Shown: in pieces, positions 35,055 through 46,099 of the stretch | Position numbering within the stretch: position 1 is the first letter of the stretch | How the letters are laid out: each line of letters starts with the position of its first letter | Sequence record: OP557969.1 | Reading direction: 5' to 3' (one strand) | DNA: 64,000 nucleotides | Source of the DNA: Escherichia phage ph0011 | Notes under the pieces: generated by a model | What the model was told of the DNA's origin: nothing | Seen by the model: the letters and a program-made list of their open reading frames with translations, nothing else | Database searches by the model: none | Position numbers and translations under genes: made by a program

Positions 35055-35494
35055 CAGTACTGCACCAATTGAAGAAGGTTAAGCATCCAGTTGTATATGA
35101 GGACTGGAAACGTCAGAAGCTGATGGGTGACTTTTATTACCCAAAATCTAAAGTTCTTGCGAATTCAAGATGTACATATATCAAACATAACGATAAAGAT
35201 ACAGTATTTGTTGAAATGGGGTTCAATCCATCAAATACAATGTTCAGTACTAACCAAACATTTTACAAATTTCATATCCAAAAAGATGTATTTTCTATTA
35301 AAATTATAAAACATTTAGTTGAAGATCTGGTATACAGTGAAGAAAGAGTTCCTTTATCATTAGTGGATATTCCTTATAATAATTTAGAGGAAATGTACTT
35401 CCAACAGTTGACAGTACAAGAAAACTTTGGTATGATAGGACTTCAAGAGTTAGAGATGATTAAGCAAATTCGTGATATCTACTTTAAGGGGTAA
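35051..35494 (+). CDS. FQ-motif family paralog
   Basis: 147 aa; NLEEMYFQQLTVQENFGMIGLQEL. Confidence 0.5.
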   Translation: MTVLHQLKKVKHPVVYEDWKRQKLMGDFYYPKSKVLANSRCTYIKHNDKDTVFVEMGFNPSNTMFSTNQTFYKFHIQKDVFSIKIIKHLVEDLVYSEERVPLSLVDIPYNNLEEMYFQQLTVQENFGMIGLQELEMIKQIRDIYFKG

Positions 35495-35496
35495 CT

Positions 35497-35640
35497 ATGC
35501 CAGTACGTAACAGTACTTCACGCTTTACGCTTCAACAGAAAGCAGATCTTTTGAATATGGCAAACAAAGATTCTAATTATTACTATCTAGTACTCGGTGG
35601 TTCAGTTGAAAAGATTGACCTACGTGCGTGTATGAAATAA
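35497..35640 (+). CDS. small hypothetical protein (47 aa)
   Basis: Own reading: ATG 35497 (MPVRNSTSRFTLQQ...), below track cutoff. Confidence 0.3.
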   Translation: MPVRNSTSRFTLQQKADLLNMANKDSNYYYLVLGGSVEKIDLRACMK

Positions 35641-35653
35641 CAAAGGGGATAAA

Positions 35654-35824
35654 ATGAGCTTACGTGAATCATGGGAACAATTTAAAGAAGAGATTGGTTA
35701 TCGTGGTGTTAAGATTGAACAAATCAATCGTACTGAAAGCATCAAAGCTAGTACTAATGGAACTACCTATGATCGTTATGATGAAAAGTATGGTTTACAT
35801 TCTAAACCAAAGGATACTGAATAA
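35654..35824 (+). CDS. small hypothetical protein (56 aa)
   Basis: Own reading: ATG 35654 (MSLRESWEQFKEE...), AGGGGA RBS upstream. Confidence 0.35.
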   Translation: MSLRESWEQFKEEIGYRGVKIEQINRTESIKASTNGTTYDRYDEKYGLHSKPKDTE

Positions 35825-35967
35825 TGGTGTATACTAACATTTTTACTGGTATTATGCGTAAGTTTGTTAATGGTATTGGATATGTATCCAATGACAACGG
35901 TAGTACATGGGTAAAAAATAATACGTCCGAATCTTTAGTGAAAAGTCTTCCGTATTATAAAGCTTGA
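35824..35967 (+). CDS. small hypothetical protein (47 aa)
   Basis: Own reading: ATG overlapping upstream stop (MVYTNIFTGIMRKF...). Confidence 0.3.
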   Translation: MVYTNIFTGIMRKFVNGIGYVSNDNGSTWVKNNTSESLVKSLPYYKA

Positions 35968-35992
35968 CACATGAAAATGGAGTATGTATAAT
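35964..35992 (+). promoter_or_regulatory. sigma-70-like promoter (TTGACA-17-TATAAT), -10 within inverted repeat
   Basis: CTTGACACATG...TGGAGTATGTATAATACTCCA; IR GGAGTAT/ATACTCC spans the -10. Confidence 0.5.
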
Positions 35993-36009
35993 ACTCCAAT
36001 ATTAATCAA

Positions 36010-36597
36010 ATGAGGATATGCGAAATGGCTGGTGTTGATAAAATTTGTGAATTCAGTGGCGATTATGAAGGTTACGAAATGTACAAGTCCAAGCGTAATC
36101 ACATTCAAGTACTGTCAAAATATCGAAAACATTTTCGTGGACATAAAGCAACATTGTATATTTTTGAGAATGGATATTCTGAAGTTTTCACAAGTGGTGG
36201 GTACAGTACAGCTAATATGGCACATATCAACCCAAACCCAACTGAAGATGATTGGAATAGTGGTAATGCTTTTCGTATTTCAATTTTGAATAAAATGAAT
36301 CGATACGACCGTTATTGTACATTCTTTGAAAATATTTCAGAATACAAGCAAGCATTAAAGAAATATAATCAACGCTTACTAATGAATTATGATTACATTC
36401 TTCATGTACCTACTGTTCCAGGTCAGGTTAATGGTCTGTACACGAACAGTACACATGATTTAACTGCGGTGAAGCGTCGTCTTAAACGTATGTTGGGTCA
36501 TGGAAAACTAACTATCAAGATTATGCGTAATGAATCTATGTATAACTTTTTAAATGTTCTTCATTACACATTAAAGGATAAAAATGGAAGCGATTAA
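36010..36597 (+). CDS. hypothetical protein
   Basis: 195-aa ORF downstream of promoter at ~35964; start may be ~36025. Confidence 0.5.
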   Translation: MRICEMAGVDKICEFSGDYEGYEMYKSKRNHIQVLSKYRKHFRGHKATLYIFENGYSEVFTSGGYSTANMAHINPNPTEDDWNSGNAFRISILNKMNRYDRYCTFFENISEYKQALKKYNQRLLMNYDYILHVPTVPGQVNGLYTNSTHDLTAVKRRLKRMLGHGKLTIKIMRNESMYNFLNVLHYTLKDKNGSD

Positions 36598-36781
36598 GTT
36601 TATTTTTGAGGTACTTATTGCATTCATCGTATGTACTGTATCTATTGCTATTTCTTTAATCCCAGTCATCATTTACCAAGTCTATGGTGGCACAGACCAA
36701 ACAATTGATATGCTTCTTCGTTGTTTTGGTTTCTGTATATGGTTGATTATGTTTATGTACTATATGCATATTGAGGACTGA
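36584..36781 (+). CDS. small membrane protein
   Basis: 65 aa, two hydrophobic helices. Confidence 0.45.
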   Translation: MEAIKFIFEVLIAFIVCTVSIAISLIPVIIYQVYGGTDQTIDMLLRCFGFCIWLIMFMYYMHIED

Positions 36782-36783
36782 TT

Positions 36784-37614
36784 ATGTCATTGGAAAAATT
36801 AATCATTTCCGAATTCCGAAAGTACATCATGGATTGTGATAGAGATATCCAGCGTAAATTCAATGAGTATCTTGACAAATATCCATATTTGATGTTTAAT
36901 CCATTTGAAACTCAAACCGATGTTAAACTTGGATTTTACATTGGGTTTACTCAACGAATTCTACAACAATATGAGATGAAACAGGCAGAGGTTTGGGTAG
37001 AAACTGATTCGAATGAGACGAATGTTTTTTACCTGTACTCTTATTATGCGGAAATTGTTAGTTCAATGACACTAGAAGGGTATCTATTCGTCAAAACATC
37101 TGATATTGAAAAAATATACATAGAACCTGTATCTTTGGATATGGTTGCCCAGCTTCCGACTATCCAGCAAATGGATGCGAATGAATTGACATATTCAGTA
37201 TTTGAGTACCTTAATAGAGATGATTTAACTCAAGAAATTGAGAATATGGTTGCATCATATACTTCAACTCTTATATCTAATGGTTCACTTAGAATAGAAC
37301 TGATTTACGACGATACTAGTACTAATGCAGTACGAGGTACTCGAATTGGAAAAGTTACTATACGTGTTGTCCACAATGATGTAGTACTTGGTTATATTTC
37401 GAAACGTGGTCATGACTTGTGTATGATTAACGCATATGTTATTGACCGAAAAGAATGGAACGATTTAATGCAAAAAATCGTAGACGGAAGTGGAATTCGT
37501 GATATAATGAGTAATGAAACAGTGATAATTAATCCTGATATTGACTGTGATGTATATTTTCCAGTTCCTGGATTTACACTACGTAATTTTGGTAAATTAA
37601 AGGATACAAAATGA
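36784..37614 (+). CDS. hypothetical protein
   Basis: 276-aa ORF. Confidence 0.5.
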   Translation: MSLEKLIISEFRKYIMDCDRDIQRKFNEYLDKYPYLMFNPFETQTDVKLGFYIGFTQRILQQYEMKQAEVWVETDSNETNVFYLYSYYAEIVSSMTLEGYLFVKTSDIEKIYIEPVSLDMVAQLPTIQQMDANELTYSVFEYLNRDDLTQEIENMVASYTSTLISNGSLRIELIYDDTSTNAVRGTRIGKVTIRVVHNDVVLGYISKRGHDLCMINAYVIDRKEWNDLMQKIVDGSGIRDIMSNETVIINPDIDCDVYFPVPGFTLRNFGKLKDTK

Positions 37615-37901
37615 AAATTTTAGAAGTTTTACTTGAAAAAGATGCATCTGGTACTCTTTATGTTGGTAATGATTTCAGTCCTGATCCAATTGATATGATA
37701 CAGCGTATTCAATCACTGACCCAATCAATTTCAGTTAAACAACCTTTCCTAAAAGAATTGGAAATTCATTGCGATAAAGACATGGAGCAGCATGATAATG
37801 TTATTTCTGATATCAAAAATCTGTTGACAAAGAATGGATATGTGGAGTATAATCCTCCTATCGTAATCGTTATCCCTGACTTCATGAGAGGAACATTGTA
37901 A
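37611..37901 (+). CDS. hypothetical protein
   Basis: 96-aa ORF, ATGA overlap. Confidence 0.5.
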   Translation: MKILEVLLEKDASGTLYVGNDFSPDPIDMIQRIQSLTQSISVKQPFLKELEIHCDKDMEQHDNVISDIKNLLTKNGYVEYNPPIVIVIPDFMRGTL

Positions 37902-38170
37902 TGACGAAAGAAGAAATGAAATCTCGCTTAAGCGAACTGAAGAAAGAACGCAAACTAGTCCGTTTGGACTGGGACATTCTTAACAAAAAAGATGAGCAAT
38001 CATATGCTAACTGGAGTTCTGATAAAGTTCGCAATGAACGTAGTAAAGAAGACAACAAACAGTTTATGGCACTGTCCAAGCGTTTATCTTCATTGAACAG
38101 TGAGATTACTGGTCTTCAAAAGGAAATTATTTCAATTCTTCGAGCGGAAATTAACTCACTATATGAATAA
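37901..38170 (+). CDS. hypothetical protein (coiled-coil-like)
   Basis: 89-aa ORF, K/E-rich. Confidence 0.45.
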   Translation: MTKEEMKSRLSELKKERKLVRLDWDILNKKDEQSYANWSSDKVRNERSKEDNKQFMALSKRLSSLNSEITGLQKEIISILRAEINSLYE

Positions 38171-38459
38171 ACATGAAGTATTAGTATTAGATAATAAATT
38201 CTATGTACCAAATGATGATAGTACTGAAACATATTATCTAATTAATAAAATTATGACTGAAACTAATACTTGTTGTCGTCAAATCCCAGGAAAATATGAG
38301 TTCAGTCAGTCTATTGGCTATTATCGTTATAATCCATTGGAATCATTTACAATTGACGTGTTGAAAATCATTGACATTCTTGTACAGAATGGGTATAATG
38401 AAAAACATGTAAATAACTCAGAGTTACCAGTTTCAAAAATCGTTATTTCTAATAATTAG
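38163..38459 (+). CDS. hypothetical protein
   Basis: Track ORF 38100-38459 trimmed to ATG 38163 (MNKHEVLVLDN) overlapping upstream stop. Confidence 0.45.
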   Translation: MNKHEVLVLDNKFYVPNDDSTETYYLINKIMTETNTCCRQIPGKYEFSQSIGYYRYNPLESFTIDVLKIIDILVQNGYNEKHVNNSELPVSKIVISNN

Positions 38460-38479
38460 AATTGGATAATAACAGATGA

Positions 38480-38490
38480 TGTGATATAAT
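38480..38490 (+). promoter_or_regulatory. extended -10 promoter TGTGATATAAT
   Basis: Same 11-mer as at 13566 and 43615; followed about 35 nt later by a terminator-like hairpin. Confidence 0.45.
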
Positions 38491-38524
38491 GTTTTTATCG
38501 GCAGATGTTAAAATGCAAACCATT

Positions 38525-38546
38525 CCTCAATGATGAGGGTTTTTTC
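38525..38546 (+). terminator. terminator-like hairpin after TGTGATATAAT promoter
   Basis: CCTCAATGATGAGGG + TTTTTTC. Confidence 0.5.
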
Positions 38547-38573
38547 ATTAAAAAGAAATAAAAGGGTATTAAA

Positions 38574-38783
38574 ATGGCTAAAGAAATTCACGCACAAGTA
38601 CTAGATATCACCGACTTCGACCGCACTGTGAACTACATTCAATTCCAGATTCATCAAGCTGAAGAAGCTCTTGCTGCATTCCATGGTACTGGTGCAAGGC
38701 CAATCCGTTTTGCTCACCTAGTTGCATGGAAGAAAAGTCTACAAGAAGAACTGTCTGAAATGCGTAAAGCAAATCGTAAGTAA
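38574..38783 (+). CDS. hypothetical protein
   Basis: 69-aa ORF with AAAGGG RBS, followed by terminator. Confidence 0.5.
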   Translation: MAKEIHAQVLDITDFDRTVNYIQFQIHQAEEALAAFHGTGARPIRFAHLVAWKKSLQEELSEMRKANRK

Positions 38784-38792
38784 TCTGTTTTC

Positions 38793-38820
38793 GCCCCATC
38801 AATTTTGGTGGGGCATTTTA
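38793..38820 (+). terminator. rho-independent terminator
   Basis: GCCCCATCAATTTTGGTGGGGC + ATTTTA. Confidence 0.6.
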
Positions 38821-38846
38821 ATCACATAAATCAAGAGGATTAACAC

Positions 38847-39353
38847 ATGAGTATCGAGTATTGGTTTTTGTTTGTGTGTATTGGAACACTTGCATTAATT
38901 ACAATTGGATTAATTTTTAATACAATGATTACTGGAAGTAAGTACTTTAAAACATTCCAGCTTTTAATGTCAGCTATGCCATATAGTGCAGAAGCCGAAA
39001 AAACAATTTCTCTAATTTTAGATAAGTTCGATGCAAATCTGTTAGTTGCGAAAATTTCGGATTGTAATACAAATATGGTATTTTATTCTACCGTCGATGA
39101 ATCAGGTACAAAATATGACAAATGTACATCTCCTATAGTTGCTGAAATTTTTATTGGTTCAAAATATTATGCTTACGGGTATGTAAGAAAATATTATTCT
39201 GAAGCAAAAGCTGAGTTAACGAAGAAACGCCCATCGGTAAAAACATTAAAACGTATCATTGCGTTGGAAAATAAACTTCGTGGCGAAATTAATACAAATG
39301 AACCACCATCAGTAATTAAATCAAAAAATAATATTGTCGTGGAGTTAGAATGA
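38847..39353 (+). CDS. membrane-anchored hypothetical protein
   Basis: 168 aa; N-terminal TM (WFLFVCIGTLALITIGLIF). Confidence 0.5.
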   Translation: MSIEYWFLFVCIGTLALITIGLIFNTMITGSKYFKTFQLLMSAMPYSAEAEKTISLILDKFDANLLVAKISDCNTNMVFYSTVDESGTKYDKCTSPIVAEIFIGSKYYAYGYVRKYYSEAKAELTKKRPSVKTLKRIIALENKLRGEINTNEPPSVIKSKNNIVVELE

Positions 39354-39354
39354 G

Positions 39355-39642
39355 ATGCACCCTGAAAAATCAAAACAAATCCTTATTGATGTACAAGCTA
39401 AATTATTAGATGTTATGAAAATCATCGATGAGTTACCACAGGGTTATAAGTACAAAGTTCGTGAGATGTTATCGTGTGCCGAAACTGTTGTTTCTATGTA
39501 TGATGATGTACAGAACGGAATTATTCCTGATATTTTAAACGATGATGTTAATAATACCGAAGTGAAAGAGACTATCACAGAAACAGAAAATGTATCTAAT
39601 AAAAAAGTTCTTGATATTAGTGGTATAAAAATTAATATCTAA
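39355..39642 (+). CDS. hypothetical protein
   Basis: 95-aa ORF. Confidence 0.45.
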   Translation: MHPEKSKQILIDVQAKLLDVMKIIDELPQGYKYKVREMLSCAETVVSMYDDVQNGIIPDILNDDVNNTEVKETITETENVSNKKVLDISGIKINI

Positions 39643-39732
39643 AATATTCAATAAGAGAATTAATGAATTATTAAATAGTTAGATATCAAAACACATACAT
39701 TCGTAGTTACGTCCAAAAAATCACTTTATGTT

Positions 39733-39759
39733 ACCCAGTCATGTACTGGGTATTTTTTT
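39733..39759 (+). terminator. rho-independent terminator
   Basis: ACCCAGTCATGTACTGGGT + ATTTTTTT. Confidence 0.7.
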
Positions 39760-39770
39760 AAGGAAATAAA

Positions 39771-40163
39771 ATGACTGAATCAGAACTACATGAAATGATA
39801 GATTTCATTTATGAAATGATACAAGATAAAAATATCATTAATACAATTACTTCTGGTCCAAGACAAATTGGTAATCAAATGACATATTCTTTATCTTTAT
39901 GGATAAACCAGAACTACAAAGTTGATTGTTTGTATTTCCGTCCTGATATTGATGCTTATTATTTTGTCAATCATGATGCATTAATGAAACCACATAAGCG
40001 TCCAGTTGATGATAACTTTGTGACACACCCATTTTACCTTGCTGAATCAGAGGAAGATGAGTTTCAAAAGAACACAACGTTAAGCCCAGGTGAAATTTGC
40101 ATCCCTTACACACTAAAAGATAAAATGATTTACATCACAGAAGTTATGAAAACATGCTGGTAA
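39771..40163 (+). CDS. FQ-motif family paralog (divergent)
   Basis: 130 aa; SEEDEFQKNTTLSPGEI. Confidence 0.45.
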   Translation: MTESELHEMIDFIYEMIQDKNIINTITSGPRQIGNQMTYSLSLWINQNYKVDCLYFRPDIDAYYFVNHDALMKPHKRPVDDNFVTHPFYLAESEEDEFQKNTTLSPGEICIPYTLKDKMIYITEVMKTCW

Positions 40164-40210
40164 GTGCAATGAAACTCAGATATAATACTATGACTTACTA
40201 AGGAGAACAT

Positions 40211-40780
40211 ATGAACTTTATTAAATTCAACACATCTGAGTCAGAAGCATACTTTAATACAAATAATAAATTTAATATTATTCTTAAAGACGGAACGGTT
40301 GTTATCGGAGTATCATTGCTTTCATTTGATGGCGAAAAACTCGAAACTGTTTATAAATTCACCAATCTTGATGGTGATTATTGGGATACATCAGATGTAT
40401 CTAAAATTTGCACACATTATGTATTTGAATCTATTGAAGTTGGTGATGGCTGGGCATTGACCTGCAATGGTAATAAAGTATTTTCTGGTAACATATTTGG
40501 GGTAATTTCCAGTAAAGAAATAGTAGACCATCATCTTCATGTTCTCAATAATAACGCCAACACTTATACACCTGATAATATCAAAATTCACGATATTGTA
40601 ACATATATTGATTATAATGGTTTCAGACATAAAGCAATTGTAACTGAAATTAAAAAACCAAAAAATTATTTCGATCACGGTTTGATTGAAGTATATATGG
40701 TAGGTGGCGAAAAACAATACTTTGAACATTTCACTTATACTGGTTGGGATAGATTCCTAACCGTTATTGAGGAATACTAA
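40211..40780 (+). CDS. hypothetical protein
   Basis: 189-aa ORF. Confidence 0.5.
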   Translation: MNFIKFNTSESEAYFNTNNKFNIILKDGTVVIGVSLLSFDGEKLETVYKFTNLDGDYWDTSDVSKICTHYVFESIEVGDGWALTCNGNKVFSGNIFGVISSKEIVDHHLHVLNNNANTYTPDNIKIHDIVTYIDYNGFRHKAIVTEIKKPKNYFDHGLIEVYMVGGEKQYFEHFTYTGWDRFLTVIEEY

Positions 40781-41270
40781 CATGCCGATTCGTGGTGTAC
40801 CAGACCCAATACGTGAAATTCTTAAGCACATTCGCATTGAAACACTAGAAGTTAACATGCGTCGTTATAATATATATTACTTTAAAACTTCCGAAATGAG
40901 TTCTGTACAGATTGTCATTGGTACATCTATTAAGATTACTCGTGTACTTGATGGCAGTACTGACTTTGTTGAATACAACGTACTTACTAATAAAGTAACA
41001 CATACATATAAATGGAGTGGATATAAAACTATTAAATATGAGTTTGACTTAGCTAGAACCGAAGAAGAACGATTCATGTTGAGTACTATAAATCCAGAAA
41101 ACTATCCTGACATTGATACATTTTTGCTAATTTTAAAATTGTATAATAAAGCAAATGAGAAAGCTAAAGAGTACAATAGAATCATGTATGAACGCAAAAA
41201 AGAACGTGTACAAAAAAGTTATGATCTGTATGATAACCCATACGTGAAATATAGTAAGGGAAAGAAATGA
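40767..41270 (+). CDS. FQ-motif family paralog (divergent)
   Basis: 167 aa; TEEERFMLSTINPENYPDIDTF; start may be ~40782. Confidence 0.45.
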   Translation: MRNTNMPIRGVPDPIREILKHIRIETLEVNMRRYNIYYFKTSEMSSVQIVIGTSIKITRVLDGSTDFVEYNVLTNKVTHTYKWSGYKTIKYEFDLARTEEERFMLSTINPENYPDIDTFLLILKLYNKANEKAKEYNRIMYERKKERVQKSYDLYDNPYVKYSKGKK

Positions 41271-41671
41271 ATAATGAAGTTCAAATTATCATTACTCCAC
41301 CTATACAAAGTCTGGATGTAACCATTAGCGATTTTTTGGAAAAATACTATGAATGGTTTAATGAAGATTCAGTCATTTATAACCATTCATTAACGGATGG
41401 TTTTGTTGAGCTTATTGAATTAAATTCCAAATCGCTATATTTCTGTGTCGAATACAATGATTATATGACCGATGAAGCATATCGCTTTCGTTGTACATTA
41501 TATCCTAACCATTTTTCTATTGGTTATAAAGACTATCAGTACTGTACCACTAACTATAGTGAAGAGGAAGAATTTCAGTACAATTTACTTTATCCAGATT
41601 TGGATTATACTATCGCAGTACTGTTGTCTAAAATCATGGATTTTTATAAAGGTAAATGTAATGCAACCTAA
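41267..41671 (+). CDS. FQ-motif family paralog
   Basis: 134 aa; SEEEEFQYNLLYPDLDYTIAVL. Confidence 0.5.
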   Translation: MNNEVQIIITPPIQSLDVTISDFLEKYYEWFNEDSVIYNHSLTDGFVELIELNSKSLYFCVEYNDYMTDEAYRFRCTLYPNHFSIGYKDYQYCTTNYSEEEEFQYNLLYPDLDYTIAVLLSKIMDFYKGKCNAT

Positions 41672-41846
41672 AACATTCGATGAGTGGTATCAAATACATT
41701 ACAATATAAATGCAGCAGATATATACTATTTTAAGCTTGAATTGTATATATCATTGCGTGACCCAGTTGAGTACTATAACAACATTATCAATTGTGATGA
41801 TTTTGGTACATATTTTAGCATTGCAGTTATGGATAAAATAAGATGA
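41661..41846 (+). CDS. small hypothetical protein (61 aa), possibly related to MTHEEW family
   Basis: Track ORF 41472-41846 trimmed to ATG 41661 (MQPKTFDEWYQIHY...). Confidence 0.35.
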   Translation: MQPKTFDEWYQIHYNINAADIYYFKLELYISLRDPVEYYNNIINCDDFGTYFSIAVMDKIR

Positions 41847-42025
41847 CACACAAAGAATGGTTAGATGAACTAAAGTTCAAACATGATCATTTTGGTCTTG
41901 GTATACGCCAGGGTCATTATGATGTGTTAAAAGATAAACAACTTTTCAAATCATTTGTACTTGATGAGGATAGTAATCACTGGTACATCTATGAGCTTGC
42001 GGTTAGAGACAAAAAAATTGACTAG
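41843..42025 (+). CDS. MTHEEW-family mini-protein
   Basis: 60 aa; MTHKEWLDELKFKHDHFGLGIRQGHYDVL...WYIYELAVRD. Confidence 0.5.
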   Translation: MTHKEWLDELKFKHDHFGLGIRQGHYDVLKDKQLFKSFVLDEDSNHWYIYELAVRDKKID

Positions 42026-42070
42026 TACTGATATATATGCTATTGTTTTGTTTTAAACAGGAGAACAATA

Positions 42071-42574
42071 ATGCTCATTACGCATGTACCGGAAAGTATT
42101 ACTGAGATTTTAAGTAAAATTAATGTTAATGAATTTGAACGAACAGTTCGAAAACAAGGTACTTATCACTATAAGCACAAAGATGGTGAACATCAAATAA
42201 GCTTAGATCAGAATTATCAAACTCTAACAATTAAAATGGTTACTCGCTGGAATTTTATTCGTAAAGATACTATTATCTGTGATTTTGGTAAAAGACTACT
42301 TAGAAAATGTTTCTCTGAAACAAATGGTATCTATCCAAACCCGAATAGAATTTTCACATATAAATACATCACAGATGAAGATGTACATTTTCAAGAGAGT
42401 TTGGTATGTGATAATAAGTACTTTCCCGCATTTTCAGATAATTTGAAGTTAAAAGAACTATATAACTATTTCTTAAACGACAATATTCAGTGGGATGAAG
42501 AATTAAAACAACGACAGATAGAACGTGAAAAGAAAAAAGTCTGGACTGGTTCACATTGGATGCAACGTAAATGA
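42071..42574 (+). CDS. FQ-motif family paralog
   Basis: 167 aa; DEDVHFQESLVCDNKYFPAFSD. Confidence 0.5.
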   Translation: MLITHVPESITEILSKINVNEFERTVRKQGTYHYKHKDGEHQISLDQNYQTLTIKMVTRWNFIRKDTIICDFGKRLLRKCFSETNGIYPNPNRIFTYKYITDEDVHFQESLVCDNKYFPAFSDNLKLKELYNYFLNDNIQWDEELKQRQIEREKKKVWTGSHWMQRK

Positions 42575-42741
42575 CACATGAAGAATGGATGTCTATTATG
42601 AAAGAACGATATGATCTGTTTGGGAATGGATTTCGTGATGGTCATTACGATATTTTACGAGACAAACAACAGTTCGATTTATATGTACTAGATGAGGATG
42701 GAAATCGATGGTTCATATATGAGCTTGCATTTAGGGAATAG
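42571..42741 (+). CDS. MTHEEW-family mini-protein
   Basis: Own reading: 56 aa MTHEEWMSIMKERYDLFGNGFRDGHYDIL...WFIYELAFRE; ATGA overlap with upstream gene. Confidence 0.45.
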   Translation: MTHEEWMSIMKERYDLFGNGFRDGHYDILRDKQQFDLYVLDEDGNRWFIYELAFRE

Positions 42742-42751
42742 AAGATATATT

Positions 42752-43045
<294 letters not shown>

Positions 43046-43052
43046 TTTTCAT

Positions 43053-43079
43053 TGACAACCTCAGTATATTTGCTATAAT
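43053..43079 (+). promoter_or_regulatory. sigma-70-like promoter (TTGACA-15-TATAAT)
   Basis: ATTGACAACCTCAGTATATTTGCTATAATC upstream of CDS 43088. Confidence 0.45.
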
Positions 43080-43087
43080 CACTTCAG

Positions 43088-43315
43088 ATGAATAAATCCA
43101 CGAGGTATCCAAAAATGACCAAAGCAGAACTTGTTGCATTATTGGAATCATACCCTGATGATGCATGTATTGAAGTTGTACATACTGCACGACATTTTGA
43201 CATTGAAGATGTAGTACGTTATAATGATAAAGGTGTACCAATAATGGAACTGTGTATTGGTGAAGTGAAAACTGTACCTGAATCGGAAAAACGTAAAAAA
43301 ATTAATCAGGAGTAA
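43088..43315 (+). CDS. hypothetical protein
   Basis: 75-aa ORF downstream of TTGACA/TATAAT promoter; start may be ~43115. Confidence 0.45.
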   Translation: MNKSTRYPKMTKAELVALLESYPDDACIEVVHTARHFDIEDVVRYNDKGVPIMELCIGEVKTVPESEKRKKINQE

Positions 43316-43319
43316 TATT

Positions 43320-43592
43320 ATGCATTTTGAAAAATTCAACACAAGTCGTGACACACGCATTGATGCTCTTTATGAAACCCAAGACTCAATTAGTATTCGT
43401 ACATGTAGTGGTGATGTATATCATGACTGTACTATTGGTTGGGAACAGGGAAGAACACGTAGTGCAGAATTCGATAACTATCGCTTCTACCAAGGGGACA
43501 CCACAATCTGGCCTGAAGACGTAGAAGATATTGCAATTGAAGATGAACATAAAGATGAATTTATCAAATTTAATCCCGAAACCGAATCATAA
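43320..43592 (+). CDS. hypothetical protein
   Basis: 90-aa ORF. Confidence 0.45.
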   Translation: MHFEKFNTSRDTRIDALYETQDSISIRTCSGDVYHDCTIGWEQGRTRSAEFDNYRFYQGDTTIWPEDVEDIAIEDEHKDEFIKFNPETES

Positions 43593-43606
43593 ATAACGGG
43601 ACAACA

Positions 43607-43722
<116 letters not shown>

Positions 43723-43729
43723 CAAAAGA

Positions 43730-43803
43730 CGGGGTATAGCACAATTGGATAGTGCAAGAGAATTCTAATCTCTAGGTTGGGGGTTCAAGTCCCTCTACCT
43801 CGG
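43730..43803 (+). tRNA. tRNA-Arg(TCT): tRNA-Arg (anticodon TCT)
   Basis: Acceptor CGGGGTA/TACCTCG (one G-U), D-arm GCAC..GTGC, anticodon stem AGAGA/TCTCT with loop ATTCTAA, T-loop TTCAAGT. Confidence 0.7.
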
Positions 43804-43827
43804 CCTACTTTAATTAAAGGTTAAACC

Positions 43828-43992
43828 ATGACGCATGAAGAATGGATGAATGACATTAATTTTAGATATGCAGGTATCGGTAACTGGAGAAAGTATCATT
43901 GGGAAATCATATCAGACCCAGCAGAATACGATAAACTTATGAATCATGAAGTGTATCCGTGGTTCTTTATTGAAATAATGGTACGATTATGA
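43828..43992 (+). CDS. MTHEEW-family mini-protein
   Basis: Own reading: 54 aa MTHEEWMNDINFRYAGIGNWRKYHWEII...; below track cutoff. Confidence 0.45.
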   Translation: MTHEEWMNDINFRYAGIGNWRKYHWEIISDPAEYDKLMNHEVYPWFFIEIMVRL

Positions 43993-44149
43993 CACATGAA
44001 GAATGGATGAATGACATTAATTTTAGATATTCGGGTATCGGTAAATGGCTAAAGTATCATTGGGAATTCATTTCAGAGCCACATCTGTATGATAAACTTA
44101 TCAACGATTCTGCATATAAAATGTACTTAATTGAACTACTGGTACGAAT

Positions 44150-44153
<4 letters not shown>
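43989..44153 (+). CDS. MTHEEW-family mini-protein
   Basis: Own reading: 54 aa MTHEEWMNDINFRYSGIGKWLKYHWEFI...; ATGA overlap. Confidence 0.45.
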
Positions 44154-44322
<169 letters not shown>

Positions 44323-44325
44323 AAG

Positions 44326-45038
<713 letters not shown>

Positions 45039-45044
45039 GATAAA

Positions 45045-45078
<34 letters not shown>

Positions 45079-45084
45079 GAATTC

Positions 45085-45440
45085 CACAATCAGACGTATA
45101 TGGTGTAAGTTACGTCGATGCAATCCAGAACAAGATCTCTGGTACTCTAGGAAGTGGTTAATGTTAACCTAGACGGGTTTGATAATTGGACGATAGGCAA
45201 TTATTACTTGACTAGCAGGTTTAAACTAGAGGTGACTATCCTTCACCAAACTGGAAAACCGGATGGACTTTTATTTAAAAGGGTAAGGCGTGGAAATATG
45301 TTTACAGTAGTTGCTTTTAGTAGCCTGTACGCCCCACGTCAAGGTAGCCGAAAGGCAAGTTAAAACGGGTGGTTATAAAGCTGAATTAACAGCGGCGTTT
45401 AAAAGCGTCACCATCCATTTTTTTTAATTAAAGTTGGTGA
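45085..45440 (+). ncRNA. candidate non-coding (stable RNA?) transcript downstream of repeat promoter copy 3
   Basis: ~355 nt with no convincing ORF, higher GC than surroundings, directly after a promoter and ending near a T-run (CACCATCCATTTTTTTT). Confidence 0.3.
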
Positions 45441-45441
45441 T

Positions 45442-46080
<639 letters not shown>

Positions 46081-46099
46081 CTTTTTAATTTAAAAGTAC

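Noticed and set aside
45154-45363. 69-aa ORF in the tRNA region
   Set aside because: No RBS, Arg/Gly-rich composition unlike neighbouring proteins, and it sits within a GC-rich promoter-driven non-coding segment; treated as part of a candidate non-coding RNA.
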